Positions 36,384-48,970 of a DNA stretch of 64,000 bases are shown in pieces. The stretch spans positions 287,930 to 351,929 of the forward strand of contig NW_015162482.1 of assembly GCF_001447785.1 (NCBI RefSeq), read 5' to 3'. Both the position numbers and the translations under genes were made by a program. The notes below the pieces were generated by a model. It ran no database searches. It was not told where the DNA came from and saw nothing but the letters and a program-made list of their open reading frames with translations. How positions within the stretch are numbered: the first letter of the stretch is position 1; the number at the start of each line of letters is the position of its first letter. Source of the stretch: Gekko japonicus. Its lineage: Eukaryota.

Positions 36384-37597
36384 CTACACTCTTGTGCAGT
36401 ACAGCTCCCCCTCATTGTTAGAGTCAGGTGGGGTAACTTTCACCTCTGAAATGACAGTGATCCTCAAGTGCCAACAAACATTCTTTTATAAGGAAAGAGT
36501 AATGATGTGTACTCAAGGATTCCAGCGTGGCAGAGGATACACTTGCACAGGTGACCCTGGTATCCTGGTGTGGTGGAGCAGGTTTGTTCCAAAGTCATCA
36601 GAGGCAGCAGCTCATTTTCTGTATTCTGAAACCTGTGGGTGACAGATAATGGAGGTCATTCTTATCTGCATAGCCCCACCCTTTCATCTACATTATTGCT
36701 CGATAGTTTCTGGTTTCTTGCTAGGTTCTAGTTCTGGTGTGATCCTGGGGTTTAGCAAAGAATGCTGCAAATGTTATAAGACATTTCGGCACCTCCCCCT
36801 GAACCATGGGACGTCGGCGGGACGTGTGATCAGGCGGCTGCGCCTTAGTTTGCTCCGGGGCAAAGGGCCACGCTTCCCACCCGCATTTTCCGGCCCGTGT
36901 GACCGGGGCCTCTAAAAATTATGTGCTTCTAGTCTGAAGTCTGTTTCTGGACAGCTGTTATCCTGTTTTTGTCCACTGTCTCGTTTTTAATTGGCTTGTT
37001 GCTTTATATTGTTATATTAATTTAATAAGACACCTTGAGCAGGACCCTGAAGAGGAATCACATACATATTCTAAATAAGTCAATAAATAAAATAAATATA
37101 AAATAAATATGTGGATGTGGCTTGACAATAAGAAGCTTGATGATGGGAAGGAATTCCAAGGAGTATGCAGAAATATTTGATGATGTCCACTTCCAGAGTG
37201 CGTAGCCAAGGCCGTGCACATTCATCTGGTGCCCCGGATATGCGTTTTCAGTTCTTCATCACGATGGGGAGCAAAGATTAACATTTTGAGAGATGGATTC
37301 ATCTTGATTTTTTGATGCATGCTTGTGGTTGTGGCAGATATTTTAAGTGGTTTCATTATTATATTTAGCCAAGGGGTTATAGTAATTGCAAGTATATTAA
37401 TTAATTCAACAACTACTTAAATGACAATTGATTTATCAACAAGGGTAATCAGGTGTATGCCCTTTTAACTATTGTTAATTATGCTGTTGCAGCACCTATG
37501 GTTTCTATAATTAAATATCTGTTTTACTTTTGACATAGTAATTATAAATGTTTAACCCCCCAGCAGTCTGTTAATGATCTCTTGAGAGGTTCTTGCA

Positions 37598-37678
37598 NNN
37601 NNNNNNNNNNNNNNNNNNNNNNNNNNNNNNNNNNNNNNNNNNNNNNNNNNNNNNNNNNNNNNNNNNNNNNNNNNNNNN
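37598..37678. other. Assembly gap (N run)
   Basis: Run of n. Confidence 1.
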
Positions 37679-38323
37679 GTGCCTCTGTTGTGGTCCATGC
37701 AAATTCAACATGCCAGGTGACTAAATCCTGGTCCTTACCGAAATCTGATGTGGAGCCCCTGCTTAAAGGAAGAATCTCTGATTCTTACTTTTCAATGTAG
37801 AGAAAGTAGCTTTTAAGTCACCAGTTAAAGGATTAGCCCCATTTTGATTTGCATCTTGTTGGTCATTGTTAAAAGGTGGCTGTCAGACTGCATAGATTAT
37901 TATCATGGGCATGTTTCTGAGAAAACATTCTGCACATGTGGCCTTAAAGCTACCCATGCCAAAGTAAATACACCCAACCAAACCAACCAACCAAAGAACT
38001 CCCAATTGTCTGTCAGAGCTCAGAAGTGGAATTGACAACTTTTTACAAGGATGAGACCGTCCACCACATATAGTGTACATTATCTGTTTCCCCATACATA
38101 TGATCCTGCTTTGCACTCTATTGTCTTCTACTTAAGTAATAATGTCTTCTGCATTGCTTAATGGATCATACATAAAACTTTTGTTTTATTTCAAATTTCT
38201 GTCATTCTTACATTGCTTATTACAGGTCACATCCTACTGATTGCATTGATTTGCACTGTGTAATCCACCTTGAGTCTCAGTGAGAAATGCAGACTATTAA
38301 TAAAGTAAGTACTGAAGTAAACA

Positions 38324-38479
38324 GCGTTCCGTGCGCCTTAGTGTTTAGTCATGCCGGCCACATGACCACGGAAACGTCTTTGGACAGTGCTGGCTCTTCG
38401 GCTTTGAAACGGAGATGAGCACCGCAACCCTAGAGTTGGATTTGACTGGCTTTCGAGCAAGGGAACCTTTACCTTTTTT
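38324..38479 (+). mobile_element. 5'-truncated Sauria SINE
   Basis: Reverse complement of part of 30743-31084; ACCTTT tail; near-identical flanks TACTGA(A/C)GTAAACA. Confidence 0.85.
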
Positions 38480-39127
38480 TACTGACGTAAACACCACGGT
38501 TGAATACAGACATCCACTCATTACCCACAGTGTACCAGTCAGGTATTGTCCTGCTACATGGTGAGAATTTTGGTCAGGAAGGCTCCTGCACTCCTGTCAT
38601 TCCACAAACCATGTAAAACAGAGTTGTTTTCGAGAGGTCTCTGTACAGGTAATAGGGCTAGCTAGACTATAACGGAGTAGTTTGGGAAGGTGCTTTAAGG
38701 GGAAAGGGATTGTGGATTACACCACTATGGATAAGATGTATCATCAGTTTTCTGCATGTATCGCACTGTTGTTTCAGTGTTTTCTGCTGATGTAGTACCA
38801 TTTTTTTCATTATAGCCACACACTGTATCATGCCTACTATGTTATGCTTGCACAGATTTCAGTAATCCTAGCCCTGGTCCATTGGTCATTTGACATTTCA
38901 TATTGATTGTATTGACCTACACATTCTGTGCTTATTAGATGTCTCTTCATGTGGGCTAATAGTGAGTTATACTGTGTAGTTCACTTTGAGTCTCAGTGAG
39001 AAAGGTGGAAGATAAACACCATAAATAAATAAATAGAAATTACCACTCCTTTACATCTCTAGAGGTTTATGATCAGCTCCAGAAGAGTGGCAACATTTTC
39101 CTTGCCGTTTGGCAGGGCAATAGAACA

Positions 39128-39207
39128 NNNNNNNNNNNNNNNNNNNNNNNNNNNNNNNNNNNNNNNNNNNNNNNNNNNNNNNNNNNNNNNNNNNNNNNNN
39201 NNNNNNN
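39128..39207. other. Assembly gap (N run)
   Basis: Run of n. Confidence 1.
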
Positions 39208-39849
39208 GGTGGGAGGAGGCAGGGTGGGGGGTGGGGGGGGGGGGGGGGGGGGGGGGTATCTATGGAGTTTTAAATGCAGTTGCTTCCAGCGGGTAGGGTG
39301 AGCCAGTATCTCCCCCCCGCCCCCAATCAGGAGAAGCCAAGAAAGCTCCTTGCTAATCAAACGCAAGAACCAGACAATGCAAGAAATGAAGGTTGTTTCC
39401 AAAGAAATGAAGAGGGTCTGTTAGCGCGAAAGGATCTAACTTCCCTTCCACTTTCTCTTTCTCCCTCCTCCTCTCCCCCCCCTCCCGCTTTTTGTTCCTT
39501 CTTTGCTGGGGAGAGGGGGAAGGATGTGGGTTTCGGCCGGCCGGCAGGCGCTCGCTGTCCCTGGCCCCTCGGGCCGCGGCTCCCTCTCTCCCTCGCCCGC
39601 CCGCCGCCTCGCCTCCGCCGGCCACCTCCTGAATAGGCGTCTCACCTGGCCGCCTCCCCCCTGCCACGCTCCCTTGCCTCGGCCGCCTTTGACTGTGCCC
39701 AGCCGCGCGGAGCCGGGAGGGGAGGGCAGGGCAGGGAGGGGGGGAGAGGGCAGCGCAGCCCCGCGGCCAGGACCGCCCCCGCCGGCCTCGACCGCGCCGA
39801 GCTTCCCCTCGTCCCGAAGCGAAACAACCACGCCGCGCACGTGGCTCCG

Positions 39850-40792
39850 NNNNNNNNNNNNNNNNNNNNNNNNNNNNNNNNNNNNNNNNNNNNNNNNNNN
39901 NNNNNNNNNNNNNNNNNNNNNNNNNNNNNNNNNNNNNNNNNNNNNNNNNNNNNNNNNNNNNNNNNNNNNNNNNNNNNNNNNNNNNNNNNNNNNNNNNNNN
40001 NNNNNNNNNNNNNNNNNNNNNNNNNNNNNNNNNNNNNNNNNNNNNNNNNNNNNNNNNNNNNNNNNNNNNNNNNNNNNNNNNNNNNNNNNNNNNNNNNNNN
40101 NNNNNNNNNNNNNNNNNNNNNNNNNNNNNNNNNNNNNNNNNNNNNNNNNNNNNNNNNNNNNNNNNNNNNNNNNNNNNNNNNNNNNNNNNNNNNNNNNNNN
40201 NNNNNNNNNNNNNNNNNNNNNNNNNNNNNNNNNNNNNNNNNNNNNNNNNNNNNNNNNNNNNNNNNNNNNNNNNNNNNNNNNNNNNNNNNNNNNNNNNNNN
40301 NNNNNNNNNNNNNNNNNNNNNNNNNNNNNNNNNNNNNNNNNNNNNNNNNNNNNNNNNNNNNNNNNNNNNNNNNNNNNNNNNNNNNNNNNNNNNNNNNNNN
40401 NNNNNNNNNNNNNNNNNNNNNNNNNNNNNNNNNNNNNNNNNNNNNNNNNNNNNNNNNNNNNNNNNNNNNNNNNNNNNNNNNNNNNNNNNNNNNNNNNNNN
40501 NNNNNNNNNNNNNNNNNNNNNNNNNNNNNNNNNNNNNNNNNNNNNNNNNNNNNNNNNNNNNNNNNNNNNNNNNNNNNNNNNNNNNNNNNNNNNNNNNNNN
40601 NNNNNNNNNNNNNNNNNNNNNNNNNNNNNNNNNNNNNNNNNNNNNNNNNNNNNNNNNNNNNNNNNNNNNNNNNNNNNNNNNNNNNNNNNNNNNNNNNNNN
40701 NNNNNNNNNNNNNNNNNNNNNNNNNNNNNNNNNNNNNNNNNNNNNNNNNNNNNNNNNNNNNNNNNNNNNNNNNNNNNNNNNNNNNNNNNNNN
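39850..40792. other. Assembly gap (N run) in the GDF11 upstream CpG island
   Basis: Run of n. Confidence 1.
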
Positions 40793-40878
40793 GGGCGAGC
40801 GAGCGGGGCTGGAATGTGTGGCGGGGACACCCGGGGGGCGCCGGACTCCTCTCTCTCCCTCGCGCGGTCCCCCTCTGG

Positions 40879-40962
40879 TGACAGCCCTTGCGCCAGGAGA
40901 TCTTTTGTTGCCTCCGCAGCCAATCAAGGCTTTTGACGACACAGTCCGGTCGGGATATAAAA
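40879..40962 (+). promoter_or_regulatory. GDF11: GDF11 proximal promoter: TGACAG, CCAAT box, half-CRE, TATA box
   Basis: TGACAG 40879-40884, AGCCAATCA 40918-40926, TGACGACAC 40934-40942, TATAAAA 40956-40962; about 240 bp upstream of the ATG. Confidence 0.8.
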
Positions 40963-41201
40963 GGAGAGTCCTTCTTTCTTCGGGCCCCCCTCCTCTCCTT
41001 CCCCCAACCGGCAAGTCACCCACCGTCGCCAGCCCCCCAGAACTTCCGAGCCGGCACCGGCACACACCCCCCGCCGCCTCCCCGCGGCCAAGCCGGAGAG
41101 GTCGCTGCCTGGCTGGCTGGCCGGCTGCTCCGAGAGGGGGCGAGGGCGAGGGCGAGGGCGCGAGAGGGCTGGGTGGGGGACGGGGGAGCCGCGAGCCAGA
41201 C

Positions 41202-41604
41202 ATGCTGGTGCCCCGGTCGCCTGCTTTCTTGTGCTGCCTGGTCCTGTGGCTGGAGCTGTGCGGCGGGGAGCCGGCCGAGCGCGGGGCGGACGGGGCGCCC
41301 ACCGAGGGGGTCCCCCTGGCGACGGCGGCGGAGGAGCCGGGCTGCCCGGTGTGCCTGTGGCGGAAGCACAGCAAGGAGATGCGGCTGGAGAGCATCAAGT
41401 CGCAGATCCTCAGCAAGCTGCGGCTCAAGGAGGCGCCCAACATCACCCGGGAGGTGGTGAACCAGCTCCTGCCCAAGGCCCCCCCGCTGCAGCAGATCTT
41501 GGACTTGCACGACTTCCAGGGAGACTCCTTCCAGCACGACGACTACCTGGAGGAGGACGAGTACCACGCCACCACCGAGACTGTCATCAGCATGGCACAA
41601 GAAA
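41202..41604 (+). CDS. GDF11: Growth differentiation factor 11, exon 1 (signal peptide and N-terminal prodomain)
   Basis: MLVPRSPAFLCCLVLWLELCGG...GCPVCLWRKHSKEMRLESIKSQILSKLRLKEAPNITREVVNQLLPKAPPLQQILDLHDFQGD...LEEDEYHATTETVISMAQE, phase-1 donor A|GTGAGT. These residues match GDF11 rather than myostatin. Confidence 0.95.
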
Positions 41605-41656
41605 GTGAGTCCCCGGCGGCTTCTTCCTTTGTTAACGGGCCGGCGGGGGAGCGAGC

Positions 41657-42094
41657 NNNNNNNNNNNNNNNNNNNNNNNNNNNNNNNNNNNNNNNNNNNN
41701 NNNNNNNNNNNNNNNNNNNNNNNNNNNNNNNNNNNNNNNNNNNNNNNNNNNNNNNNNNNNNNNNNNNNNNNNNNNNNNNNNNNNNNNNNNNNNNNNNNNN
41801 NNNNNNNNNNNNNNNNNNNNNNNNNNNNNNNNNNNNNNNNNNNNNNNNNNNNNNNNNNNNNNNNNNNNNNNNNNNNNNNNNNNNNNNNNNNNNNNNNNNN
41901 NNNNNNNNNNNNNNNNNNNNNNNNNNNNNNNNNNNNNNNNNNNNNNNNNNNNNNNNNNNNNNNNNNNNNNNNNNNNNNNNNNNNNNNNNNNNNNNNNNNN
42001 NNNNNNNNNNNNNNNNNNNNNNNNNNNNNNNNNNNNNNNNNNNNNNNNNNNNNNNNNNNNNNNNNNNNNNNNNNNNNNNNNNNNNNNNNNNNNN
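41657..42094. other. Assembly gap (N run)
   Basis: Run of n. Confidence 1.
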
Positions 42095-45000
42095 CCCCCC
42101 CCGAGGGGCATCCCGGCCTCTCTTCTGCTACTGCTGGGGGCGCGCCCATCCCGAAGGGAAGGGGGAATCCCCCGTCCTGGGCTTTGCCTGAAGTTGCCTA
42201 AAGTTCTCCGCCAGCCAGCCGGACGCACGCTTCGGGAGGGGAGGGAAGCCGCCCCGCTTTGCGCCGAGAGTGGCTCCGTCGAGCGGCCTTCCGCCTTCCC
42301 AGCCTGGTGCGGAGTCGTCTTCGCGGGGAGCTGTGTGGTGGCTGCTGCGCTCGGGAGGAGGCGGAGGGCGCTGCAGCCGGGCGCTGCCTGGAAGTCCCGG
42401 GGTCCCGGTTGCCGCCGCCGCCAAACCCGAAGGCGCCTACGGAGGGCCGGGGAGGAGAGCTTCCGCGGCCCTTCGAGCCCGGCCGGTCGCCCAAGGTGTC
42501 GCGGGTCGGAAAGGGCAAACCCGGCATTTCTCGGGGCTGGACTGGAGAGAGTGGCTCCTTCCCCCACGCCGCCGCCGCCGCCGCCGCCGCCAAATTGAGG
42601 CGTAATCCCTTTTGTGAGGTCCCCTTTCGCCAGCTGCGGGCAGCTCGAGAAGTTTGCCCAGCCGGAGCCTTTGGAATATCCAGCTGCCTCCCCCCCCCCT
42701 GCCCGCCCGGTCATCTGCGCCCTCACTCCCCTCCCTGCTCTCTTTCCAGGTCTGCCAAGATCCTTGGCCCTTTGTACTTCTCCCATTTATTCTAGACTCG
42801 CCGGCAGGGCATTTTCTTTGGGGGCAGAAAGAAGAACGAAAGTAAAAGTTAGGGGGAGGGAAATGAAATGTTTCCCAGTGTTTTGGGGAAACAGAGAGTG
42901 TGTGTGGGGGGGGGAGATGACCTGCTGCCCTGCTCTATTTCTTGCCACAGTGCCAGGCTTGTTTGCAAGGGGGCTGAATGCAAAAGCCCAAGAAACCAGA
43001 TTCACTCTCCAGGACCCATCTGTCTTAGAACCCCAACTAAGGCCGGGGTTGTCAAACACCTGCTATTCTGGGCATTTTTGCCCCTTGTGCCAGACGAAGC
43101 TATTACATTCAATGTTGAACAGGAGGGCCTTGGGAGTACTGGCCATGGGAGCAGAAGCAGAGGTTTCAACCTTTTTTGCTTAACTTCTCCGGGTGAGTGG
43201 CAGGGCACCTTCCCTAGGGACAAGCAAGACAGGGTCACAAAAAGAGCCTCAGAGGTCATGTAATATATTTACAGATCATCTCTGGAATACTCAGTGGTAG
43301 ATGAAAACCTAGCTACTTGTCTTTGTGGGGAAGCTAGGGGGGCTGCGGCAGATTAGGCCACGGTGGCACCTTTCCAATTTCTCATTCATTCTAACAGGAT
43401 AAAACACATCCAGCCTCTGAATGCAGATGGCAGGGAGGACAGAATCAGAGTCACCTACTGATTGGAACACAGAGCAGGCATGATGTACCGCAGGTGACTC
43501 ACTGTGGAGTAGCATGCAGCAGGAGCATTGTATCTTAACAAGGAGAATGCAGAGAATTTCATTAGAAGCATCCTTGAAAGTACATATCCATCTTTGATTC
43601 ACTTCAGATTTTACTCTCTGGGCATACTTTCAACCAACATAATATCCCCAAAAGTCAGATGTGCAAATTCTGCGATGCTGGGGTTCAGAGAAGAGCAAAG
43701 TAGGCTGCCATGAGTGTAGAAATGATGGGTTACACCACTGCATTGTGGGTCTGGCGCTAAAGCCCTTGCTACTTGGTTCAGTCTTGGTGAAATTGCTTAT
43801 GACAGATTGCCCTTATTTTCAAAATACTGAATACATACGCTTAAAAACTTGATGTAACGGATTTCCTTAGGGGTTATATATTCACCGTAACTCATGACTA
43901 GCTATCATAAACATGATGCCATAGGTGAAACTTTAAATTTCTCCACACCTCCTCAAATGTGGTGCTTTTCAACTGAGTAATTATTGGCCCCAGTCCAACT
44001 AAACCTAGTTGTGACTAAGCATCATTGAAATGCAGGGAACAAGTTAGTTGAAACTTACAGAAGCCCTATTGCTTTCAATGTGACACAGCCCAGTTCTGTG
44101 GCTGGGCAGCAAAGTGCTTTTCTGGGTGCTAATTTCTTACCCAAGGAGCTAATAAGGTCATGCACATAAAACAAAAGTCCAGTGGCTCTTGTTCTACAAG
44201 TGCATAACCTTATCAGCTCCTTGGATTCCTCCAAATAAGCTTAGTGACTGTTGTTGCTTTTTTCCTTCATAATTTTCTTTTAATCTTTTAATATATAAGG
44301 CGGTCTACAGTCTTTATCTAACTGAACTCCAGTGAGTTGTGGACATAAAAACAACCTTGAGTAGGGGAGGGAATCTGATAATAGTACTGCTAGCTGCATA
44401 TAAATCCATTGCCTGCCTGACACTGTCCCATAAAACATTCACGGCTGGATCATCAACTCAGACTGTTCAACCCCAAAGCCAGCTGAGCATAACAGTAGTG
44501 CAAAAACTGAGGGTGGAGTGATGAGATAGAAGGGAGAATGGAAGAGGTGTGGCTCACAGGCTTTCTGTTGTGGGCTTGTCCTCTGACTGCCTTAAAGGCA
44601 GCATATCTTGCACATGCTGGCTGATATGTCACAGCAACCCCCCCCCAAAAAAAAAGCCTATAAAGAATATGTTGTTAAGCTTCTCCTAATTATGTGGCTA
44701 TCTATATTGATTATCAAGCTCAGTGTCATGTGTTACAGGTTCAGAGATAATCAGAACCACCCCAGTGATTATCTATCAAACATTAAGGCCAAGCAATCAT
44801 AAACAGGCTGTTCATTACAGAAAACACTGAAGTCCTTTGACACAGGACAGTCCAATGCAGAAGTGATCAGGAATTGACAGGAAATAGGAACTGCAAAATA
44901 TGACAAGAGTAGTGCCAAGCATTTCATCCACATCCATCACTAAACTTTCAGTACCATTTTACATTATGGGGGACTTCAGGTAAACATGTAATCCACTCTC

Positions 45001-48000
45001 CCCACCCTCAAGGAGAAAGGAAACCCAAAGTATTTTATTTTTTCTTGTATGTTTCAGAGAAATCTGACTCCCTGTAGTTTGGTGTTAGGGCCTGCCATGG
45101 TAGTTTGCAATTTCACAGAGTGAATCGAAGTTCCTCACAATGTCCTCAGCTTCTTTCAGACATCAGTGATTTAAGATATTAAACAACATTCATTCTAGGG
45201 GGCTTTGCAGTACTGTCTTGGGTCTGGAATGAGCAGGAAGGCCCAGGCCTATGCAGTGACTAAGAACAGGAGGCAGGAATAAACAAATATTGCATGATTG
45301 CTCTCAAAGTTATATTGAGCAGAAGTGAGTTCTTCACAGGAATCAGTTTGGCCGTTTCTTTCATGATTGCACTTGTAGCCCAACTTGAAACTCCCTCCAA
45401 CTTCCAGCCTTGAGTTCTTCCAAGGCGCTCCCATATTTCTTAACACCTCCTGAACATTGGATAAGGATCTGAGGAAAGATGTGATAGTTGTGAGAAGATG
45501 GCTTGCTTAATCCATCTTGCTTTTGTGGATATACAATTTTTTTTTCCTGGTCAAATTTACAAGGTGAGAAGAAATGTGTACCCAGGAATGTAACTCCTGC
45601 TCCCACTGAGTGCAGGAAATGACTGGCTCTGTACACCTCCTCATGGAAAGATGGCAAAACAGCAGATCCCTGCACTCCTTTTGGTATTCTAGAATAAATC
45701 TTGGGTTTACAAGATACCACCTTTTTGAGGGGAAGCATTACGTAGGAGAGACTTGTAGCTCCTGGAACTTCTTTTTTCTGTGCATGGAATCAATTGTTAA
45801 ACCTCAAACTGAATGCTGCCAATTCTGGATAAAGAATCTGCTTGCAATATTATGGGGCAATGTTGCTCCAAAGTTAGCAACCTTGAGGTTAATCCTTAGT
45901 TAACTAATAGGTAAGAATAACTTTGATATTTGTATGTTTCCCCAAGAATTCTTTATTCTTTGTCCTATCGGAGTGTGGACTGTCACATTCCCCCCCCCCA
46001 TAGTGACCAAGTGATCTTCTTGATCTATTTTTCCTTTCAAATTCAGTCTTGGGGGGGGGGGGTTGCCTGTACTTTATTGGCTACTCAGTAGGTGGCATCT
46101 TATCCTTTGGGGTGTTATGTTGCTGCCATATAGCTCCATAAAAAAGGTGGGCTTTTAATAAAAAGCACATTTCACTTGACTTTTTGCAGTTATTAAAGTC
46201 TTCTCCTGGTTTCCCAGTAAGAAAAGCTACTATACACCCGTCACTATCCTTGTTATTAGTTGCGATTAGATTTCAGATTCTTCAAAAGTACACGATTGCT
46301 GGCTGGAGCTGCATCTCTCGTCGTCCCTGTGCAGTTTTAATTTTGTATGTATGTGTGTGGGTATGTGGAGATGCCACAACACTATGTAGAACCTGGTACA
46401 AAGGACAGACTATCTCTTGATAACGCTAATATAAAGATCAGATGGAAGCGGGGTCACCCCGATTCCTATTACAGGGAACTGTGGTCCTTCTTAGTCAGAA
46501 TTAAATATCACTGGAATGTTCTGAACTTCATTCATACAATGTAAATTATAGTGATTATTAGCTTTATCTCAATCCTTCTATCCATCTGCTCTTGTGTACA
46601 TCTTTTGTTTAGTCACCCTGTGCTTTCTTCAAGCGTGTTTGCCAACTCTCACAGCCTTTGCTTTTCCAGTTGCATTACTAATCACCAGCTTGTTGCTGAG
46701 CATCTTTGCTTTTTTCTGTACACCAGGCCTGCCACTCTGGAATACGATCCTTTAAGTATGGCTTTCACCCTACAAGAGTGATTTCCCCAAAAGCGGATGG
46801 TAACGTCTGACCTACACAGATTTCTGTGCTGGACAGAGAGCCCCACCCTCATAAAAGTCTGATATCTGATAAATCTGTTCCAAATGAAGAATGAAGATCC
46901 AACAACCAGGCATGGGAATCTAGTGTGTGGGTCATTATGAATGAGGAGTCCAGTGGATTCTGGAAAAAAGCCCAGCACAAAGCGTAAAGGATGTATACCT
47001 GGTTTTTGGCTCAAGGGGCAAGGGTGAAAGGTGGGCTATTTTATTACAGTTTGATTGATTACCAATCTATGCCATCTGCTGCTGCTGAGATGGAGAGATG
47101 CTTATTGTTTGAATGTTGTGGGTGTAAAGACAAATCTGCTTGCTGACCATTAGTTGCTAAAGCATATAAAGGCAACACTGCATCCTCTATCCAAGCAGCC
47201 TAATAACACTGGCTGAGTAAGACGTAGAAATTGTTTCAGCTGGGGTCATATTCTAAAAAGATTATGAGTCAGGGAACCTGCAAGACCTATACTTGAACCT
47301 ATGTATTAGAAGTAGGCTGAACATATAACAATGCAGTTGGATAGGCCAAAGTGTAATGCAACAGAATTCATACAATGAGATATGGAATGTAAGCTACACA
47401 GAGGATATGCTATGGAGAAAAAGCAATCTGCCAAGTTCTTCCTGGTGTGTCTGTTTGCTTCCTAGGTACTGTCAAACATTACTATTGCATCCCAACAGTC
47501 ATGGCATAAGTGGTATCTTGTAAACCCCACAGACACACTTGCAGTGATAGACCCAACTAGATTAATCTTAATTTCTATTCCTTACATTTTCTTTGTAACT
47601 TACTAAACATTTGACTGGGACAGAAGACAGCATCTAGAAATGGGTCAACCCTCTTCTAGTTTTGGAGATATGAGAACATCCCCAAAGAGCACTACTCTAG
47701 GAGGCAGAGGAGAAGGCAACAAACAGATCTTACATTGCACTGGTCTGTAGTGACTGAGGGGCTCAGGTTTGTGGGAGACTTCTCAGGGCTTGGGGGACAA
47801 GGGTCTGCTTTCCTGTGCTCCCAAAGTGGAACTAGAGTTTCAGTTACTTGTCTCTGAAAGGTTATATTCTCGTGCTTCACTCCAATATCTCTGTGGAGTG
47901 AAAGTTTTGATGCTCTCTATCTTGTGCTGGAAGTCGTATCCAAAACTATTTCATGATGAATGCAAGTTATGTACAAAATCAGGATGGTCTCTTATTATTA

Positions 48001-48932
48001 TGTGATGGACTTGAGCAGCAGCTTAATTAAAAAGAAAATGCACAAATAGTTGTTTTCCTTCATTGTCTCTTGTGCTTTTCAATTATTATAGTAGAAACCA
48101 TATCTGGCAAGACTTGTTCTGGCTGGCCTGGGACAGATGGCAACATATATGTAAGCAGGCATACAGCTGAAAAATATGTTTACTCCCACTGGCCCTCAAG
48201 CTGGAGGGTTTCGGTTATTTTAAAAAAACGACTCATAATATGAAGACAGCTCATTTGGTGACTTATTTGTGCAAATGCCCCATGCTGAGAGCGTTAGGAA
48301 AAAAGTGACCTACCGCAGATTCAAATTGGTCTAAAATGGTGGGTCAAGCTTCCACATTGGACTTGGCTGCTATAGTCAAGCCTCCTCCAGAACATTGCTG
48401 AGTAGGTTAAGGAAATCAAAGAACTGAAAGCCATTAGGTCCTCAGTAGGGGTGATTCACACTGAATTGCTGGACTTGAAGTCAACACTTTGCATAGCTGG
48501 AAGAAAATCTGCCCTCTGAATTTGAAGACACATCCAGGAAGCTTAAAAGAATGAATGGTCGCTCAGAAGTAAAGTAACTGATCTAGAGAATCAGTCTCTT
48601 ATGTAATCATAATGAGAACAGTTCTGATTCTGAATTAATGCCACAGTCTGTGTGGGATATTAGGTTGTCTCTGTGTTATATTAAATATTTGGAAATATAC
48701 AGGATTTAAAGAATCCAGGAATCCAAGATGGAGACAGAGGTGAGGAAAAATAATTTTACAACTCCCATATCACTGTTACATATCTTGACATTATAAAGAG
48801 AACATGGGAACAACAGTGCTGAGATGTGTGTGACTCTAAAAATACAAATTGGAGACCACAGCTGCATTTATGCCAAGTTTTCCATGTCTCCAGATCCATA
48901 GACTATCTCTGCCCCAAAGACCATACAATTAC

Positions 48933-48970
<38 letters not shown>
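48933..48970. repeat. Compound microsatellite (TG)n(AG)n
   Basis: Read directly from the sequence. Confidence 0.95.

Larger units (their letters stand above)
39530..42730. promoter_or_regulatory. GDF11: CpG island spanning the GDF11 promoter, exon 1 and the start of intron 1
   Basis: Very GC- and CpG-rich sequence on both sides of the two large gaps; (GCC)n at about 42567-42591. Confidence 0.85.

Noticed and set aside
19319-39100. ORMDL2, SARNP or CD63 exons expected from human synteny
   Set aside because: No matching peptides in the ORF track or by eye; very small exons cannot be fully excluded without tblastn.
41202-41604. Myostatin (MSTN/GDF8) as the identity of the TGF-beta family exon
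   Set aside because: LESIKSQILSKLRLKEAPNI, QQILDLHDFQGD and EEDEYHATTETVISMAQE are GDF11-type residues, and linkage to DNAJC14 fits GDF11.
39069-42786. Very long ORFs (346-707 aa) on both strands around GDF11
   Set aside because: They run through N gaps and GC-rich, stop-poor CpG-island sequence; only 41202-41604 has protein homology.
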